Both the position numbers and the translations under genes were made by a program. A DNA stretch of 64,000 nt from Desulfobacterales bacterium (GTDB taxonomy: Bacteria > Desulfobacterota > Desulfobacteria > Desulfobacterales > UBA2174), in NCBI GenBank assembly GCA_963668645.2, contig CAXXWC010000019.1, forward strand, positions 480,001 to 544,000, written 5' to 3'. Each line of letters starts with the position of its first letter. Position 1 is the stretch's first letter. The notes below the pieces were generated by a model, which worked only from the letters and a program-made list of their open reading frames with translations, made no database searches and was not told the DNA's origin. Shown piece after piece: positions 1 through 10,814 of this stretch.

Positions 1-58
1 ATCAGCACCAGACTGGCCCAATCCTGCAATCCGCCCCCCGAGACCCCTAGAAGATACA

Positions 59-2539
59 TCAGGGCGCCCCCATCCGTTGGTTGATCGCCAGCCGCTCCAG
101 CCCCATCTCGACCACGGAGGCCAGCGCCGGCCTCTCGGCGGTGTAGTCCCGGACGAACCGGTGCACCTCGCCGGGGCAGGCCAGGCCCGGGACCGCCATC
201 ACCGAAACCAGCACCCGTTCGTAAAGCAGCGGGTGCATCGCCTCCAGCCGCGGCCGGTTTTCCAGGAACCACGGCCAGAGCCGGCCGGCCAGGGCCGGGT
301 TAAACGCGGCGGCCACTACCGGTACGAAACGATTGCGCTCGGGCACCTTTGCTAAAACGGTCTCCAGGGCCGCTTGGGCCACGGACCAGTCGGAAAAGGC
401 GCCCATGGCGGTCAAAACGGCCAGCCGTTCATGCTCGCTGTCCGTTTTCTCCAGCCGGTCCCGGAAACACACCAGGGCCTCGGCGCCTGCAAGGTAGGCC
501 GCGGCCTGGTAGCTGCTCTGGATCAGATCCGGGTGCAACGCGGCCCCGGACAGGACGCGTTCAACCACCGGCCCCATCCGGCCGGACATGCCGGCGTCGC
601 CGCAGATCAGCCCGAGCCAGATCATCTGTTCGCGCAGCACGGCCGTGGCCAGGGTTTCTTGGGGCCGCGGCTCCAGTCCGAACCGATCCAGGGCTGCACC
701 GGCCGTACGGCCGGCGATGGCGGCCACGGCATGCTGCCGGGCACCGGTGGTGGTGGCAAGACAAAGCCTGAGGTTGGCCACGATGCCCAGCAAGGGCAGC
801 AGGGCCGTCTCGCCGGCGTAATGGCCCAGCCAGTTCAGGTAGGTGTCGACCCCGGCCGCCCCGGCCCGCACCAGGGCGAACAGATCGTCCTGCAAGCCCC
901 AGCGATCGGCCGCATCAAGGCGTCCCGCAGCAAAAAGCGGCCCCAGGCGCTCCAGATCCACGGCTGCGGCGTAGTCCACCCGGTAAAATCCCCGGTGCCC
1001 GTCGTTGAGCTTGAAAGCCGCGGTGTTCGCGGGCAGCGGCAACCGGGAATGCCGCGCGTCGAAGTAAAGCTCCAGCCGTGTCCGGCCGCCTTCGGGGTCG
1101 AAGGCCGCCACCGTCAGGGGGATGGGCCAGCACTGGTCGGTTTCCAGGGGCAGATAGGTGAATCGCCGTTGCTCCAGGACCAGTTCGTCCCCCTGGCGCC
1201 GGACGGTCACCACGGGGTGGCCCGGCTGCGAGACCCAGCTTTGGACCATGGCCAGGACCGGCCGGGTGCTGACGGCCTCGAAGGCTTCCCACAGATGGCG
1301 GCTGGCCGCGCAGCCGTAAGCGTGATCGGTCAGGTAGCGGTGCATGCCCGAGCGAAAGTTCTCCGGACCGATGTAGTCCTCGACCTGGCGCAGGAGGCTG
1401 CCCCCCTTGCTGTAGATGATCGGGGCCGTGCCGGTGTTGATCACCACGTGGTCCCCGCCGGGGATCTCGATGGACGGGGTGCCGCGCAGGCCGTCGCGTT
1501 CCAGGGCCGCGGCAGTCTGCCCCTGGACGAACTGGCTCCAGGCGTCCCAATCGGGACGCAGATCGTCGATGATCCGGTAGGCGCCGTAGGTGGCGAAGCT
1601 TTCATTGAGCCACAGATATTTCCAGTCCTCCGGCGTGACCAGATTGCCGAACCACTGGTGGACGATTTCGTGGGCGATGACCTCGGCGATGCGCACCTCG
1701 GCCTGGCGCGAGGTGGTAAGGGCATCGTGGAGCAGCAGGTTTTCACGAAAGGTGATGGCCCCCCAGTTTTCCATGGCCCCGAAGGCGAAGTCCGGCACCC
1801 CGATCAGATCGAGCTTTTCGAGCGGATAGGCGATTCCGAAGTAATTTTCGCAGTGGGCCAGGGCCTGGCGTCCGAGGCCCAGCCCGAAGCGCCCCCGCTC
1901 CCGGTGGCCGGGCAAGGTGGCGATGCGCACCCGCGGATCGGCCTGGTCTGCCGTCAGTTCAAAAGGACCCAGCCCGAAAAAGACCAGGTAGGTCGACATG
2001 CGCGGAGTCGGGGCGAACATAACGTTCCGGCGCCCGCCGGCCATTACGGTCTCCCGGGTTGCGGGTTGATTGGCCAGGGCCGTCAGGCCGCCGGGTGTGG
2101 TCATGGCGATTTCGAAAACAGCCTTGGCATCGGGCCGATCGAGGCACGGCAGCGCACGGCGGGCATCGCTTTCCTGGAACTGGGTGACGGCCATCACCCC
2201 GCTGCCCGCCGCACCGGTGTAACGGCTGCGGTAAAAGCCGACCATGCGATCGGTGATCCGCCCCCGGTAGGCGATCTGCAAAACCAGCGGCCCGGTCCGG
2301 AGCCCGGGAAGACGCACGGTGAGGAGTTCGGCCGCCGGATCGATGCTGAAGGCGCATTCCTGCCTATCCTCGCCATCGACCAGGGTGCAGCGCCACACCG
2401 CCAGCTCGAGCACGTTGAGCTGCAAGACATCCAACGGTGCGCCGGCCTGCCAGTGGATCTCCACCTGACCGTCAAATTCGCCGCAATCCAGGTCGGGGGT
2501 GATGGAAAGGCGGTAAAGAGAAGGAAAAAAATTGTTCAT
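59..2539 (-). CDS. M1 family zinc aminopeptidase (PSA/tricorn-factor-like, with C-terminal ERAP1-like domain)
   Basis: GAMENWG motif, HEIVH-x18-E zinc motif, YSKGGS catalytic Tyr region; 826 aa. Confidence 0.95.
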   Translation of the reverse strand: MNNFFPSLYRLSITPDLDCGEFDGQVEIHWQAGAPLDVLQLNVLELAVWRCTLVDGEDRQECAFSIDPAAELLTVRLPGLRTGPLVLQIAYRGRITDRMVGFYRSRYTGAAGSGVMAVTQFQESDARRALPCLDRPDAKAVFEIAMTTPGGLTALANQPATRETVMAGGRRNVMFAPTPRMSTYLVFFGLGPFELTADQADPRVRIATLPGHRERGRFGLGLGRQALAHCENYFGIAYPLEKLDLIGVPDFAFGAMENWGAITFRENLLLHDALTTSRQAEVRIAEVIAHEIVHQWFGNLVTPEDWKYLWLNESFATYGAYRIIDDLRPDWDAWSQFVQGQTAAALERDGLRGTPSIEIPGGDHVVINTGTAPIIYSKGGSLLRQVEDYIGPENFRSGMHRYLTDHAYGCAASRHLWEAFEAVSTRPVLAMVQSWVSQPGHPVVTVRRQGDELVLEQRRFTYLPLETDQCWPIPLTVAAFDPEGGRTRLELYFDARHSRLPLPANTAAFKLNDGHRGFYRVDYAAAVDLERLGPLFAAGRLDAADRWGLQDDLFALVRAGAAGVDTYLNWLGHYAGETALLPLLGIVANLRLCLATTTGARQHAVAAIAGRTAGAALDRFGLEPRPQETLATAVLREQMIWLGLICGDAGMSGRMGPVVERVLSGAALHPDLIQSSYQAAAYLAGAEALVCFRDRLEKTDSEHERLAVLTAMGAFSDWSVAQAALETVLAKVPERNRFVPVVAAAFNPALAGRLWPWFLENRPRLEAMHPLLYERVLVSVMAVPGLACPGEVHRFVRDYTAERPALASVVEMGLERLAINQRMGAP

Positions 2540-2573
2540 TAAAAACCTCGGATGGGAAAGGGGTACGATAAAA

Positions 2574-3191
2574 TCAATCGCCGGTCGGCGCGCTGGGCAG
2601 CGGCTCTTGATTCTGATGGGTCTTGACGTGGGCCACCAGATCGGCCAGGGGCTGGCCGCCGGGTGTTGCGGCCTGGGGATTGAGGGCCAGCAGCCGCTGC
2701 CAGGCCTCCAGGGCGCCGTCTACGTCCTGCAGATCGTGCAGCAGCACGATCCCCTTGTTGAACATGGCGATTTCGTGGTTCGGATCGATGGCCAGGGCCT
2801 TGTCAAAGGTCGCCACGGCCCGCTGCGGGTCGCCCCGGCGCCGGTACATGACCCCCAGATCGGTAACCAGATCCGGGTTGTTCGGGTTGAGGGCCAGCGA
2901 CTTCTCGTAGGCCGCGATGGCCCGGTCCGGATCGTCGCGGTCGAACAGATAATGCCCCAGCCGGGCCCAGGATGCAGAGTCTTGCGGGTGGAGTACCGTT
3001 TCCTTTTGCAGCGCCTCCAACTGCGGATCCGGCCCTGCCGGCGCCGTTGCCGCCGGCAGGCTGCTTTTCCCTGCCTTGTAGACCCCGAAGGCCACACCGC
3101 CGACGAACCCCAGGATCAGGGCGACGAAAGCCACCAGGATCATGGTCTCGGTTTTAACGGTGCCGGGGACCGCAGGTCGGGTCTGGGGCAT
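2574..3191 (-). CDS. TPR-repeat membrane-anchored protein
   Basis: N-terminal hydrophobic helix, TPR-like repeats (AIAAYEKSLALNP, TDLGVMYRRRG, FDKALAIDP); start at ATG 3191 or GTG 3221. Confidence 0.8.
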   Translation of the reverse strand: MPQTRPAVPGTVKTETMILVAFVALILGFVGGVAFGVYKAGKSSLPAATAPAGPDPQLEALQKETVLHPQDSASWARLGHYLFDRDDPDRAIAAYEKSLALNPNNPDLVTDLGVMYRRRGDPQRAVATFDKALAIDPNHEIAMFNKGIVLLHDLQDVDGALEAWQRLLALNPQAATPGGQPLADLVAHVKTHQNQEPLPSAPTGD

Positions 3192-3277
3192 GGATCGATT
3201 CTTTCTGTTCCGGGGTGGCACTTCTGCTTGCAGGCACCCCCTTGGCTAGGGCCACGCTGCTGGCGGCAATGGCGGTC

Positions 3278-3306
3278 ACCATAGGCCAGGGCCGGAGGTG
3301 TGTCAA
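3278..3306 (-). promoter_or_regulatory. sigma70-like promoter of the TPR/aminopeptidase unit
   Basis: TTGACA-N17-TATGGT on the minus strand. Confidence 0.55.
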
Positions 3307-3357
3307 TGTACCTTTTTCATTTGTAATCGCCGGGGCTTGATGCTACCTTCGATGGCC

Positions 3358-3630
3358 ATGAAATGTCGCCAAATGAAGCTTTCGCCCGCTTTGCTGGGCG
3401 GTATTTTTTTCGGCATCGGCCTGGCCGGCCTGCTTTTCCTGGGGTGGGGCGAATTGCGCCTGGGCTTTTTGCTGCTCGTCTACTGCCTGGTGATCATCGG
3501 TTCGCGTCTCGACCAGATCGCCGGCCTGCTCGAGAGCATTGATCGGAAGCTGACCGCCGCCGGACCGGTGCGCTCGATGGCGCCCCCGGATGCCGATCAC
3601 TCCCCTCCTGAAAGCCAGACTCCGCCATGA
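3358..3630 (+). CDS. small two-helix membrane protein, hypothetical
   Basis: two hydrophobic segments; stop overlaps the next start (ATGA); start uncertain. Confidence 0.55.
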   Translation: MKCRQMKLSPALLGGIFFGIGLAGLLFLGWGELRLGFLLLVYCLVIIGSRLDQIAGLLESIDRKLTAAGPVRSMAPPDADHSPPESQTPP

Positions 3631-4493
3631 ACAGTTACAGCCTGCCCCCGGGGGCCGGAAAGCCGGTATCGGTTCACGGGGGCCACAGCGGCCAGTTTTG
3701 CAACCATGCCCGCGACAGCCTGGCTCAAGTGGTGGCCGCCTATGCTGCCGGGCGGTTCGCATGGGTCGGACTCACCGAGCATATGCCCCCGCCTGACGAT
3801 TCTTTTCTCTACCCCGAAGAACGCAGCGCCGGCCTGGACAGCGCCGCCATGTACCGGCGCTTTGCGGCTTATATGGCTGAAGCCCGGCGGTTGCAACGCC
3901 GCTGGCGTGCCCATCTGAACATCCTGGTCGGCTTCGAAACCGAGGCCTGCAGCGACGCCTTGGCTCTCGCACAACGGTTGCAGGAAGAATTTTCGCCCGA
4001 TTACATCGTCGGTTCGGTCCACCATGTGGACGACATCCCCTTCGATTACTCGGCCGCCCACTATGCCGAGGCCACGGCCCGCTGCGGGAGCCTCGATCGT
4101 CTTTACACGGACTATTTCGACCTTCAGATGGAGATGATAACCCTCCTCCGCCCCCAGGTGGTGGGCCACTTCGACCTGGTGCGCCTTTTCGATCCGGATT
4201 ACCGGAACCGCATGGCAAAGCCCGAAATTTCACGGCGCATCGCTCGCAACCTGGAAAAGGTGCGCCAGATCGGCGCAGTCCTCGATTTCAACACGGCCGG
4301 ATTTGACAAGGGTCACGGCGAACCGTATGTCAGCGCCTCCATTCGATGCATGGCGCGCGAAATGGGCATCCCCCTGATCCCCGGGGACGACAGCCACGGA
4401 GTGGATACGGTGGGACGCCACATGCAACGGGCCATCGCGCTGCTGGCCCAAGAGGGCTTTGCCACCGACTGGTCCCGGCCCGTCACGGGTTGA
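3627..4493 (+). CDS. histidinol-phosphatase, PHP/HisJ family
   Basis: SVHGGHS, GLTEH, VGFE, GSVHH, GHFDL and GDDSH PHP motifs. Confidence 0.9.
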   Translation: MNSYSLPPGAGKPVSVHGGHSGQFCNHARDSLAQVVAAYAAGRFAWVGLTEHMPPPDDSFLYPEERSAGLDSAAMYRRFAAYMAEARRLQRRWRAHLNILVGFETEACSDALALAQRLQEEFSPDYIVGSVHHVDDIPFDYSAAHYAEATARCGSLDRLYTDYFDLQMEMITLLRPQVVGHFDLVRLFDPDYRNRMAKPEISRRIARNLEKVRQIGAVLDFNTAGFDKGHGEPYVSASIRCMAREMGIPLIPGDDSHGVDTVGRHMQRAIALLAQEGFATDWSRPVTG

Positions 4494-4629
4494 CCGCTCC
4501 CGGGCGCGGCGCCCACCGAGTTTTTCTTGCCGTTTATCGGCAAGGGTGTTAAAGGAAATTTTCCCGGCTGAAGCCGAATAGTTGGCCGCCAGCCGCATAG
4601 CGCTCCTGCTATCAAGATGTTAACCTTCC

Positions 4630-5241
4630 ATGCCCGATCAAAATCCACCCAATCTTCTGGAATGTAAACCGGGTACGACGCCTAAACGTTCCACGGCCGC
4701 TCGGGGCGGGCGCCTGATTTCCGCTGCGACGAATCTATATGACAGATTCGTCAAACTGCGCGGTTGTCCTCGAGAAATCGCCAAGGGATTCGCATTGGGG
4801 CTCTTTGTCGGAATGAGCCCGACCATGGGGTTTCAGATGCTTATCGCCGTCCCCCTTGCCGCCTTGCTCCGATGGAACAAACTGGCTGCCGCCGCCGGGG
4901 TATGGATCAGCAACCCGGTCACGGCCCCCGTGCTCTACGGCACCACCTATCTGCTGGGCGCCAAGATCCTGGGGATGACCGGACATCCCATGTCTTCCGG
5001 CTTGGCCGAAGGTTTTAGCGTGCTGAAAATGCTGGCCAAGGCACCTCAACTCTTTTGGGCGATGACCATCGGCGGGCTGATCTTGGGCATTCCGATAGCC
5101 CTTGCAGGCTATTATCTGGCCCTTTCCGCAGTGCGCAAATACCGGGCCGAAATCCAGCAAAAAATCGCCGCCGGCAAACAAAAGCTGGCCTCCCGCCGTT
5201 CCGGGCGCCGCAGCAAGAAAAGCAAGCGGCGCCGAAACTGA
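4630..5241 (+). CDS. DUF2062 family membrane protein
   Basis: PREIAKGFALGLFVGMSP...WISNPVT pattern, basic C-terminal tail. Confidence 0.85.
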   Translation: MPDQNPPNLLECKPGTTPKRSTAARGGRLISAATNLYDRFVKLRGCPREIAKGFALGLFVGMSPTMGFQMLIAVPLAALLRWNKLAAAAGVWISNPVTAPVLYGTTYLLGAKILGMTGHPMSSGLAEGFSVLKMLAKAPQLFWAMTIGGLILGIPIALAGYYLALSAVRKYRAEIQQKIAAGKQKLASRRSGRRSKKSKRRRN

Positions 5242-5324
5242 GATCTTCCCGGCCGGACATTACAAAGCCCGCTTCACCTCTCATGGTTGCAGCGGAGGCC
5301 AACAGGCCAGAGCGAGCCCATGAA

Positions 5325-6956
5325 ATGGTGGACATCCTCCTGGTTCAACCGCCGATTCGCGATTTTTACCTGACCGCTAAAAGGACCTTTCCCGCCGGTC
5401 TGGCCAGTATCGGTGCGGCACTGCGCGACGCCGGCTTTACGGTGGCGATTCTCGATGCCCTGGCCACCCACCGGCGCCGCATCAAACCGCTGCCCGCGGC
5501 CCTGGAGGACCTGGCGCCCCTCTACGGTCCGCCGGACCAGTCACCCTTTGCGCTCTTTTCCAGCTGGGCCCACCACGGCCTCGGATTCGACACCGTCGGC
5601 AAACGTGCCGCAGCCGCCGCCCCGCGGCTGGTAGGGGTTTCGGCCCTGTTCACCGCCTACGCCGAAGAGGCCCGGGCCGCCACCGAGGCCATCCGCCGCC
5701 ACCTGCCGGCGGTCCCCCTCGTTGTCGGTGGCCACCACGCCACCGCCCTGCCCGGGGATGTGCTCGCCTGGCCGGCGGTCGATTTCGTTATCCGCGGCGA
5801 CGGCGAAGAGGCCATGGTGACCCTGGCCAGGGGACTGCTCAGGGGACAGGACCGCATCGGCGGGCCGGGGATCGTGGCCCGCAAAGATGCCCCAGCGCCG
5901 CCGGCCGGCGACACGGCTCTGGTATCCGATCTGGATCGGCTCCCCGCACCGGCCCTGGACCTGGTTCCGCGCAAGGCCTACCGCCGGGCCGGAGTGGATG
6001 CCATCCAGGTGACGGCCAGCCGCGGCTGTCCTTTCGGATGCAGCTATTGCGCCTTTGGCGCCCGGGATGCGCCCCCCTACCGGCGCCGCTCGGTGGCCTC
6101 GGTAATGGGTGAAATCGATGCGGCCCGGCAGGCCGGACCCATCGGCTTCATCGATTTTGAAGACGAAAATTTAACCCTCGATCGCGGCTGGTGCCTGGAA
6201 CTGCTGGCCGAACTGCGGCGGCGGTTCGAACCGGGAAGCATGGAATTGCGGGCCATGAACGGGCTGATGCCATCGACCCTCGACGCCGGGCTGATCCAGG
6301 CCATGCACGACGCCGGTTTTACCACTCTCAACCTCTCGTTGGGCACCGCGATCCCGCGCCGGGCACGTTTTTTCCGGCGCCCCGACCTGCGCCGGTCCTT
6401 GGATCGGGCACTGGCAACCGCCGCGGATCTGGGAATGGAAACGGTGGGCTACATCATCGCGGGGGCCCCGGCCCAGCCGTGCACCGAAAGCCTCGGGGAC
6501 CTGCTCTACCTGGCCGTGAGACCGGTGCTGGCAGGGGTTTCGGTCTTCTACCCGGTCCCCGGCACCCTCGATCACGAACGCTGCGCAAATCTGGGCCTGC
6601 TGCCGGTGTGCACCGCCCGCATGCGGGCCTCGGCCCTGCCTGTGGCCCGGCGCATCGAAACGCTGACCTTGCTGCGCCTGGCCCGCCTGCTCAACTTCGC
6701 CAAATCCCTCATCGACCAGGGGGAAGCCCTGCCGGCCCCGGCCTCCCTGCCCGCCGGCCCCATCGCTGGAGGCGCGGACCGCCGGGAACTCGGCCGCCGG
6801 CTATTGGCCGCCTTTCTCCACGACGGGAAACTGCGCGGCGCCGACCGCCAGGGCAATTGGTGGGACCATCGCACCGATCAGCGCGCGGCGACCCTTTTTG
6901 CCCGGGCCATGCGTCAGGTCCCGATCCGCGGCAGCGGCCGCAAAATCAATCCATAA
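5325..6956 (+). CDS. B12-binding domain radical SAM protein
   Basis: ILLVQPP start, VVGGHHAT cobalamin-domain motif, SRGCPFGCSYC (CxxxCxxC), FEDENL; ATG at 5325. Confidence 0.9.
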   Translation: MVDILLVQPPIRDFYLTAKRTFPAGLASIGAALRDAGFTVAILDALATHRRRIKPLPAALEDLAPLYGPPDQSPFALFSSWAHHGLGFDTVGKRAAAAAPRLVGVSALFTAYAEEARAATEAIRRHLPAVPLVVGGHHATALPGDVLAWPAVDFVIRGDGEEAMVTLARGLLRGQDRIGGPGIVARKDAPAPPAGDTALVSDLDRLPAPALDLVPRKAYRRAGVDAIQVTASRGCPFGCSYCAFGARDAPPYRRRSVASVMGEIDAARQAGPIGFIDFEDENLTLDRGWCLELLAELRRRFEPGSMELRAMNGLMPSTLDAGLIQAMHDAGFTTLNLSLGTAIPRRARFFRRPDLRRSLDRALATAADLGMETVGYIIAGAPAQPCTESLGDLLYLAVRPVLAGVSVFYPVPGTLDHERCANLGLLPVCTARMRASALPVARRIETLTLLRLARLLNFAKSLIDQGEALPAPASLPAGPIAGGADRRELGRRLLAAFLHDGKLRGADRQGNWWDHRTDQRAATLFARAMRQVPIRGSGRKINP

Positions 6957-6972
6957 AGTCGACCGCCCGCGC

Positions 6973-8172
6973 TCAGCCCCGCCCGCCGCTGTATGCCCCG
7001 TTGTACAACCCCCTGGTCTCGGGTCCGGTGGGCTTGCCGAGAAACGCTTTAAGGTATTGAAGCGCCAGGAGGGCCTCCATGCGGTCGCGCGCCAGATGCC
7101 GGGCCGGGTCTTGGGTAATCAACCGCTTGAGGCGCTCCCGGGTTTGCGAGCTGAGCCGGCCGCCGCAGGTTTCGGCCAGAGATTTGTAGTAGGACCGGAT
7201 CCGATCAGCCAGCAGCGCGTCGCTGAGGCCCTGAATGCGGGCAAATCCGGCCGCCAGGGTATCGCCGTCGGGCAGCTTGGGATCCTCGAGAATCTGGCAC
7301 AGGGTTTCGGCGTAGCGCTTCAGCCCCTCTTCGATATGGGTGCGGCGCACCATGTTGATCGAGGCCCAGCCGGCCTTCAACCAGCGAAAAATACCGCAAC
7401 GTACCAAGGGACGCCCATCGCCGATCTCGGCATAGACGCTCACCGATCCGCCGCCGTACATGTGGCTGCGCACCCAGCCCAGCCCCGGACGGTCAAGCCC
7501 CGCCTCCTCGAAATAGAGGTAGTTCCAGTCGCTGTCGGCACCGATCACGGCCCCCTTGCGCCCCACCTCGGAAGTCTCCTTTTGGGCCGAAACAGAGACC
7601 AGAAAGGCACGTCCCCGGTGGTGCAAAAGGACCAGGGTGCGGTCCAGGTCGTAGGCGAAGTAAGCCCCGGAATTGAGGTCCGGCGTGTTTTCCACCCGCT
7701 CCACGCCGCGGACCACCACCGGCGTTTCCAGTTTTTCGAGCATGGGCCAGAGCGGCGGCAATTGGCGGCCGGGCTGCCCGTCGATTTCGGTCCAGTACGC
7801 CATGCGCACCGAAGACGGCATGAGAATATGGGAGGGAATGTCCGGACTGAAGCCGATCCGCAAAACGTCCTTCAAACTGCGCTTCAGATCGAAGCAGCTG
7901 TAAGCGCAAGCCCCATCCGAAGCGGTTTCCGGGGCCAGGGACAGCGGGGTCCCGGCAGCGACGAACTCGAGCAGGGCACCGATCTGGCCGCCGCATGGAA
8001 ACGGTTCGCCCCGGTCGGCGGACAGCCGCAGCAGGCAATCGAGCCCTTGGCGCAGCTGCTCGGGGAAAACGGCGGGCGCAGTGACATCCGCAGCCCGGAC
8101 CGCTTTAGACGGGATCGGACCGCAGAGCAGCCCCACGGCCAAAATAAAGACCGAAAAGATGCGAACAACCAT
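6973..8172 (-). CDS. hypothetical exported protein
   Basis: signal-peptide-like N-terminus; last gene of a tightly packed minus-strand operon. Confidence 0.7.
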   Translation of the reverse strand: MVVRIFSVFILAVGLLCGPIPSKAVRAADVTAPAVFPEQLRQGLDCLLRLSADRGEPFPCGGQIGALLEFVAAGTPLSLAPETASDGACAYSCFDLKRSLKDVLRIGFSPDIPSHILMPSSVRMAYWTEIDGQPGRQLPPLWPMLEKLETPVVVRGVERVENTPDLNSGAYFAYDLDRTLVLLHHRGRAFLVSVSAQKETSEVGRKGAVIGADSDWNYLYFEEAGLDRPGLGWVRSHMYGGGSVSVYAEIGDGRPLVRCGIFRWLKAGWASINMVRRTHIEEGLKRYAETLCQILEDPKLPDGDTLAAGFARIQGLSDALLADRIRSYYKSLAETCGGRLSSQTRERLKRLITQDPARHLARDRMEALLALQYLKAFLGKPTGPETRGLYNGAYSGGRG

Positions 8173-9003
8173 TCAACCGATTTCCTGACCGGCCGGCCCG
8201 GGGCTGACCGGTATCAGCGGGCAAGGCATCTCCTGGCGGGCCACCGTCAGCTTCGCCGGGTATGGGCCGAGGCCTTCGGAGACCACCGCCAGGGCGCGCT
8301 CTGCCGTATTGTTGGTTTCGCTCAGATGGGCCAGCACCACGTGCTCCAACCGCCCATGGCGCACCTGGGCGAGCAGATCGCGGGAATCCTCGTTGCTCAG
8401 ATGGCCGGTGCGCCCTTGAATCCTTTGTTTGAGGGGCCAGGGATATGGACCTTCAAGAAGCATGCGCGGGTCGTGATTGGCCTCGAGAACCAGGGCGCTG
8501 CAACCGCTCAGATGATCGCGCACCATGGCCGGCGCCACCCCGAGATCGGTGGCGATGCCGAGCTTGGTGCCGTTGACCTGCACGGTGAAGCCCGATGGAT
8601 CGGCGGCATCATGGGGTGTGGCAAAAGGATGGAGCCTGAGATGGTGAATGGCAAAAGATCGACCGGCGGTAAAATTCACCACCCGGTCCAGGCGCCCGAC
8701 CTGGGGGGCGGCCGCCGCGGCGGTTTTGGGGGTCAGATAAACCGGCAGGCCGTACCGCCGGGCCAGGACCCCGACCCCGCGGATATGATCGCCGTGTTCG
8801 TGGCTGACCACGATGGCGCTCAGGGCGGCCGGGTCGAGCTGGCGCAACCGCATGCGCCGTTCGATCTCGGCCCCTGAAAGACCGGCATCGATCAAAATGG
8901 CGCTGCCACTGCAGGCGATGTAAACCGCATTGCCCTTGCTGCCGCTGGCCAGCACGCAAAAACAAAGGCCGCCATCGCTCGGATTCGATCTGGGCTGGGT
9001 CAT
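8173..9003 (-). CDS. MBL-fold metallo-hydrolase (YycJ/WalJ-like)
   Basis: LASGSKGNA, SHEHGDH, HDAADP, LEANHD, GHLSN and AHLSETNN motifs. Confidence 0.9.
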   Translation of the reverse strand: MTQPRSNPSDGGLCFCVLASGSKGNAVYIACSGSAILIDAGLSGAEIERRMRLRQLDPAALSAIVVSHEHGDHIRGVGVLARRYGLPVYLTPKTAAAAAPQVGRLDRVVNFTAGRSFAIHHLRLHPFATPHDAADPSGFTVQVNGTKLGIATDLGVAPAMVRDHLSGCSALVLEANHDPRMLLEGPYPWPLKQRIQGRTGHLSNEDSRDLLAQVRHGRLEHVVLAHLSETNNTAERALAVVSEGLGPYPAKLTVARQEMPCPLIPVSPGPAGQEIG

Positions 9004-9048
9004 GGTCGCAGCAAGCTCCCATTCAACCACGGCGGCAGGCGATGGCAA

Positions 9049-9510
9049 TCAGCGCCGGCCGGTGTGCCCGAAGCCGCCGTGGTTTCTCTCTGTCGACTCC
9101 AGGCTTTCCACCCATCGTGTCGCCACACGCCAGACCCGCTGGACGACCATCTGGGCGATCCGGTCGTGGCGTTTCACCGTATAAGGGGCCGTCCCCAGAT
9201 TGATCAGGGCGATCTTGACCTCGCCACGGTAGTCGGCGTCGATGGTTCCCGGAGTGTTGATCAGGGTGATGCCGTGGCGCGAGGCCAGGCCGCTACGCGG
9301 CCGGATCTGGGCCTCGAAGCCCTCGGGCAGCGCCATGGCGAATCCCGTGGGCACCAGGCCGATGGCCCCGGGGGCCAGTTGCAGGGGAGCGGCCAGCGCC
9401 GCGGCGATGTCCATGCCGGCAGCCTGCGCCGTCATGGGACAGGGCAGGGCGATGTCGGCATCCGCCTGCGGGCGCAACCGCATGAAACGCACTTCCACCA
9501 GCTCGTCCAT
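9049..9510 (-). CDS. dut: dUTP diphosphatase
   Basis: [26 protein letters not shown] and GGFGHTG motifs I-V. Confidence 0.97.
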   Translation of the reverse strand: MDELVEVRFMRLRPQADADIALPCPMTAQAAGMDIAAALAAPLQLAPGAIGLVPTGFAMALPEGFEAQIRPRSGLASRHGITLINTPGTIDADYRGEVKIALINLGTAPYTVKRHDRIAQMVVQRVWRVATRWVESLESTERNHGGFGHTGRR

Positions 9511-9545
9511 GGGATCAAGGGCTTCCTTTCCGGCCCGGTTCCAAG

Positions 9546-10814
9546 TCAACCGCCGAGCAGGTCCGCGCCGGCTGCCGCCTTGGGCACCGGCCCCAGAAGA
9601 GTCAGCGCCAGCCCATCGCGCGTAAAAAGGGCCGCCGCAAGGTTCTGGATATCGGCGGCACTGACGGCATCAATGCATTGCACCACTTCGTCCAAGGGGA
9701 TGTAGCGGTCGAAGTAGATCTCGTTCTGCGCCAGGCGTGTCATCTGGTGGTCATTGTTCTCGGCGGCCAGGATCAGGCTTCCGCGGGTGTATTGCTTGGC
9801 CTCATCGAGCCGTTCGGCACTGACCGGTTCGGCGGCCAGACGGCGCATCTGTTCTAGGATGCGCCGGATCGCTTCACCGGTATTCTCGGGGGCCACGGCA
9901 GCGTAGACCCCCAGCATCCCGCTGTCCTGGTAAGCGGAAACAAATGAATAGACCGCGTAGGCCAGGCCGAGCTGTTCACGAATGGCCTGAAACAGGCGCG
10001 AACTCATGTTCCCGCCCAAAATGGCATTGAGCAGGCTCAGGGTATAGCGGTGCTCATCGGTGATGCTCAATCCGGGGCCGGTGAGGCAAAGGTGAACCTG
10101 CTCGATGGCCCTGGGATGAACCACGATCCCGGTGCGGGCCTGGGGGGCCAGACGCGGCGCCAGACCGCTGCCACCGGGCATGCCGGCAAAAGCCGGCGCT
10201 AAAAGAGCCACGATCCGCTCGTGGGTCAGGTTTCCGGCCGCACTGATGACGATCCGATCGGGTTGATAGTTGTGGCGAAAAAAGCTTCGGATGCGCTCTG
10301 CATCGAAGCCGCCCAGGGTCTGCGGGGTGCCGAGAATCGAGCGGCCCAGAGGATGCTCTCCCCAGAAGGTGTCATAGGCCAGGGTGTGCACCAAGTCTTC
10401 GGGGCTGTCCTCGACCATACGGATCTCCTGGAGCACGATATCGCGTTCCCGCTGGAACTCCTCCTCGGCGAAAAGGGAATTGAAGAAAATATCCGCCAGA
10501 ATCTCGACCATCGGATCCAGATGGGTATCGAGAACCTTGGCGTGATAGCAGGTGCTTTCCGGGGAAGTAAAGGCGTTGGTGTAGCCCCCGATGGCGTCGA
10601 AGGCCTTGGCGATCTGATAGGCGCTGCGCCGGGACGTCCCCTTGAAGATCATGTGTTCGATCATGTGGGAAAGCCCGTTTTCGGCCGCCGTTTCATCGCG
10701 GGCCCCCACATTGACCCAGATCCCCATGGAAACGCTGTGCAGATGGGGCATCTGCTGGGTGACGATGCGAACCCCGTTGTCCAGGCAGGTTCGCTCAACG
10801 CCCCTTGTTGTCAT
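9546..10814 (-). CDS. M16 family (pitrilysin-like) zinc peptidase
   Basis: inverted zinc motif [22 protein letters not shown]; usual position downstream of pnp. Confidence 0.95.
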   Translation of the reverse strand: MTTRGVERTCLDNGVRIVTQQMPHLHSVSMGIWVNVGARDETAAENGLSHMIEHMIFKGTSRRSAYQIAKAFDAIGGYTNAFTSPESTCYHAKVLDTHLDPMVEILADIFFNSLFAEEEFQRERDIVLQEIRMVEDSPEDLVHTLAYDTFWGEHPLGRSILGTPQTLGGFDAERIRSFFRHNYQPDRIVISAAGNLTHERIVALLAPAFAGMPGGSGLAPRLAPQARTGIVVHPRAIEQVHLCLTGPGLSITDEHRYTLSLLNAILGGNMSSRLFQAIREQLGLAYAVYSFVSAYQDSGMLGVYAAVAPENTGEAIRRILEQMRRLAAEPVSAERLDEAKQYTRGSLILAAENNDHQMTRLAQNEIYFDRYIPLDEVVQCIDAVSAADIQNLAAALFTRDGLALTLLGPVPKAAAGADLLGG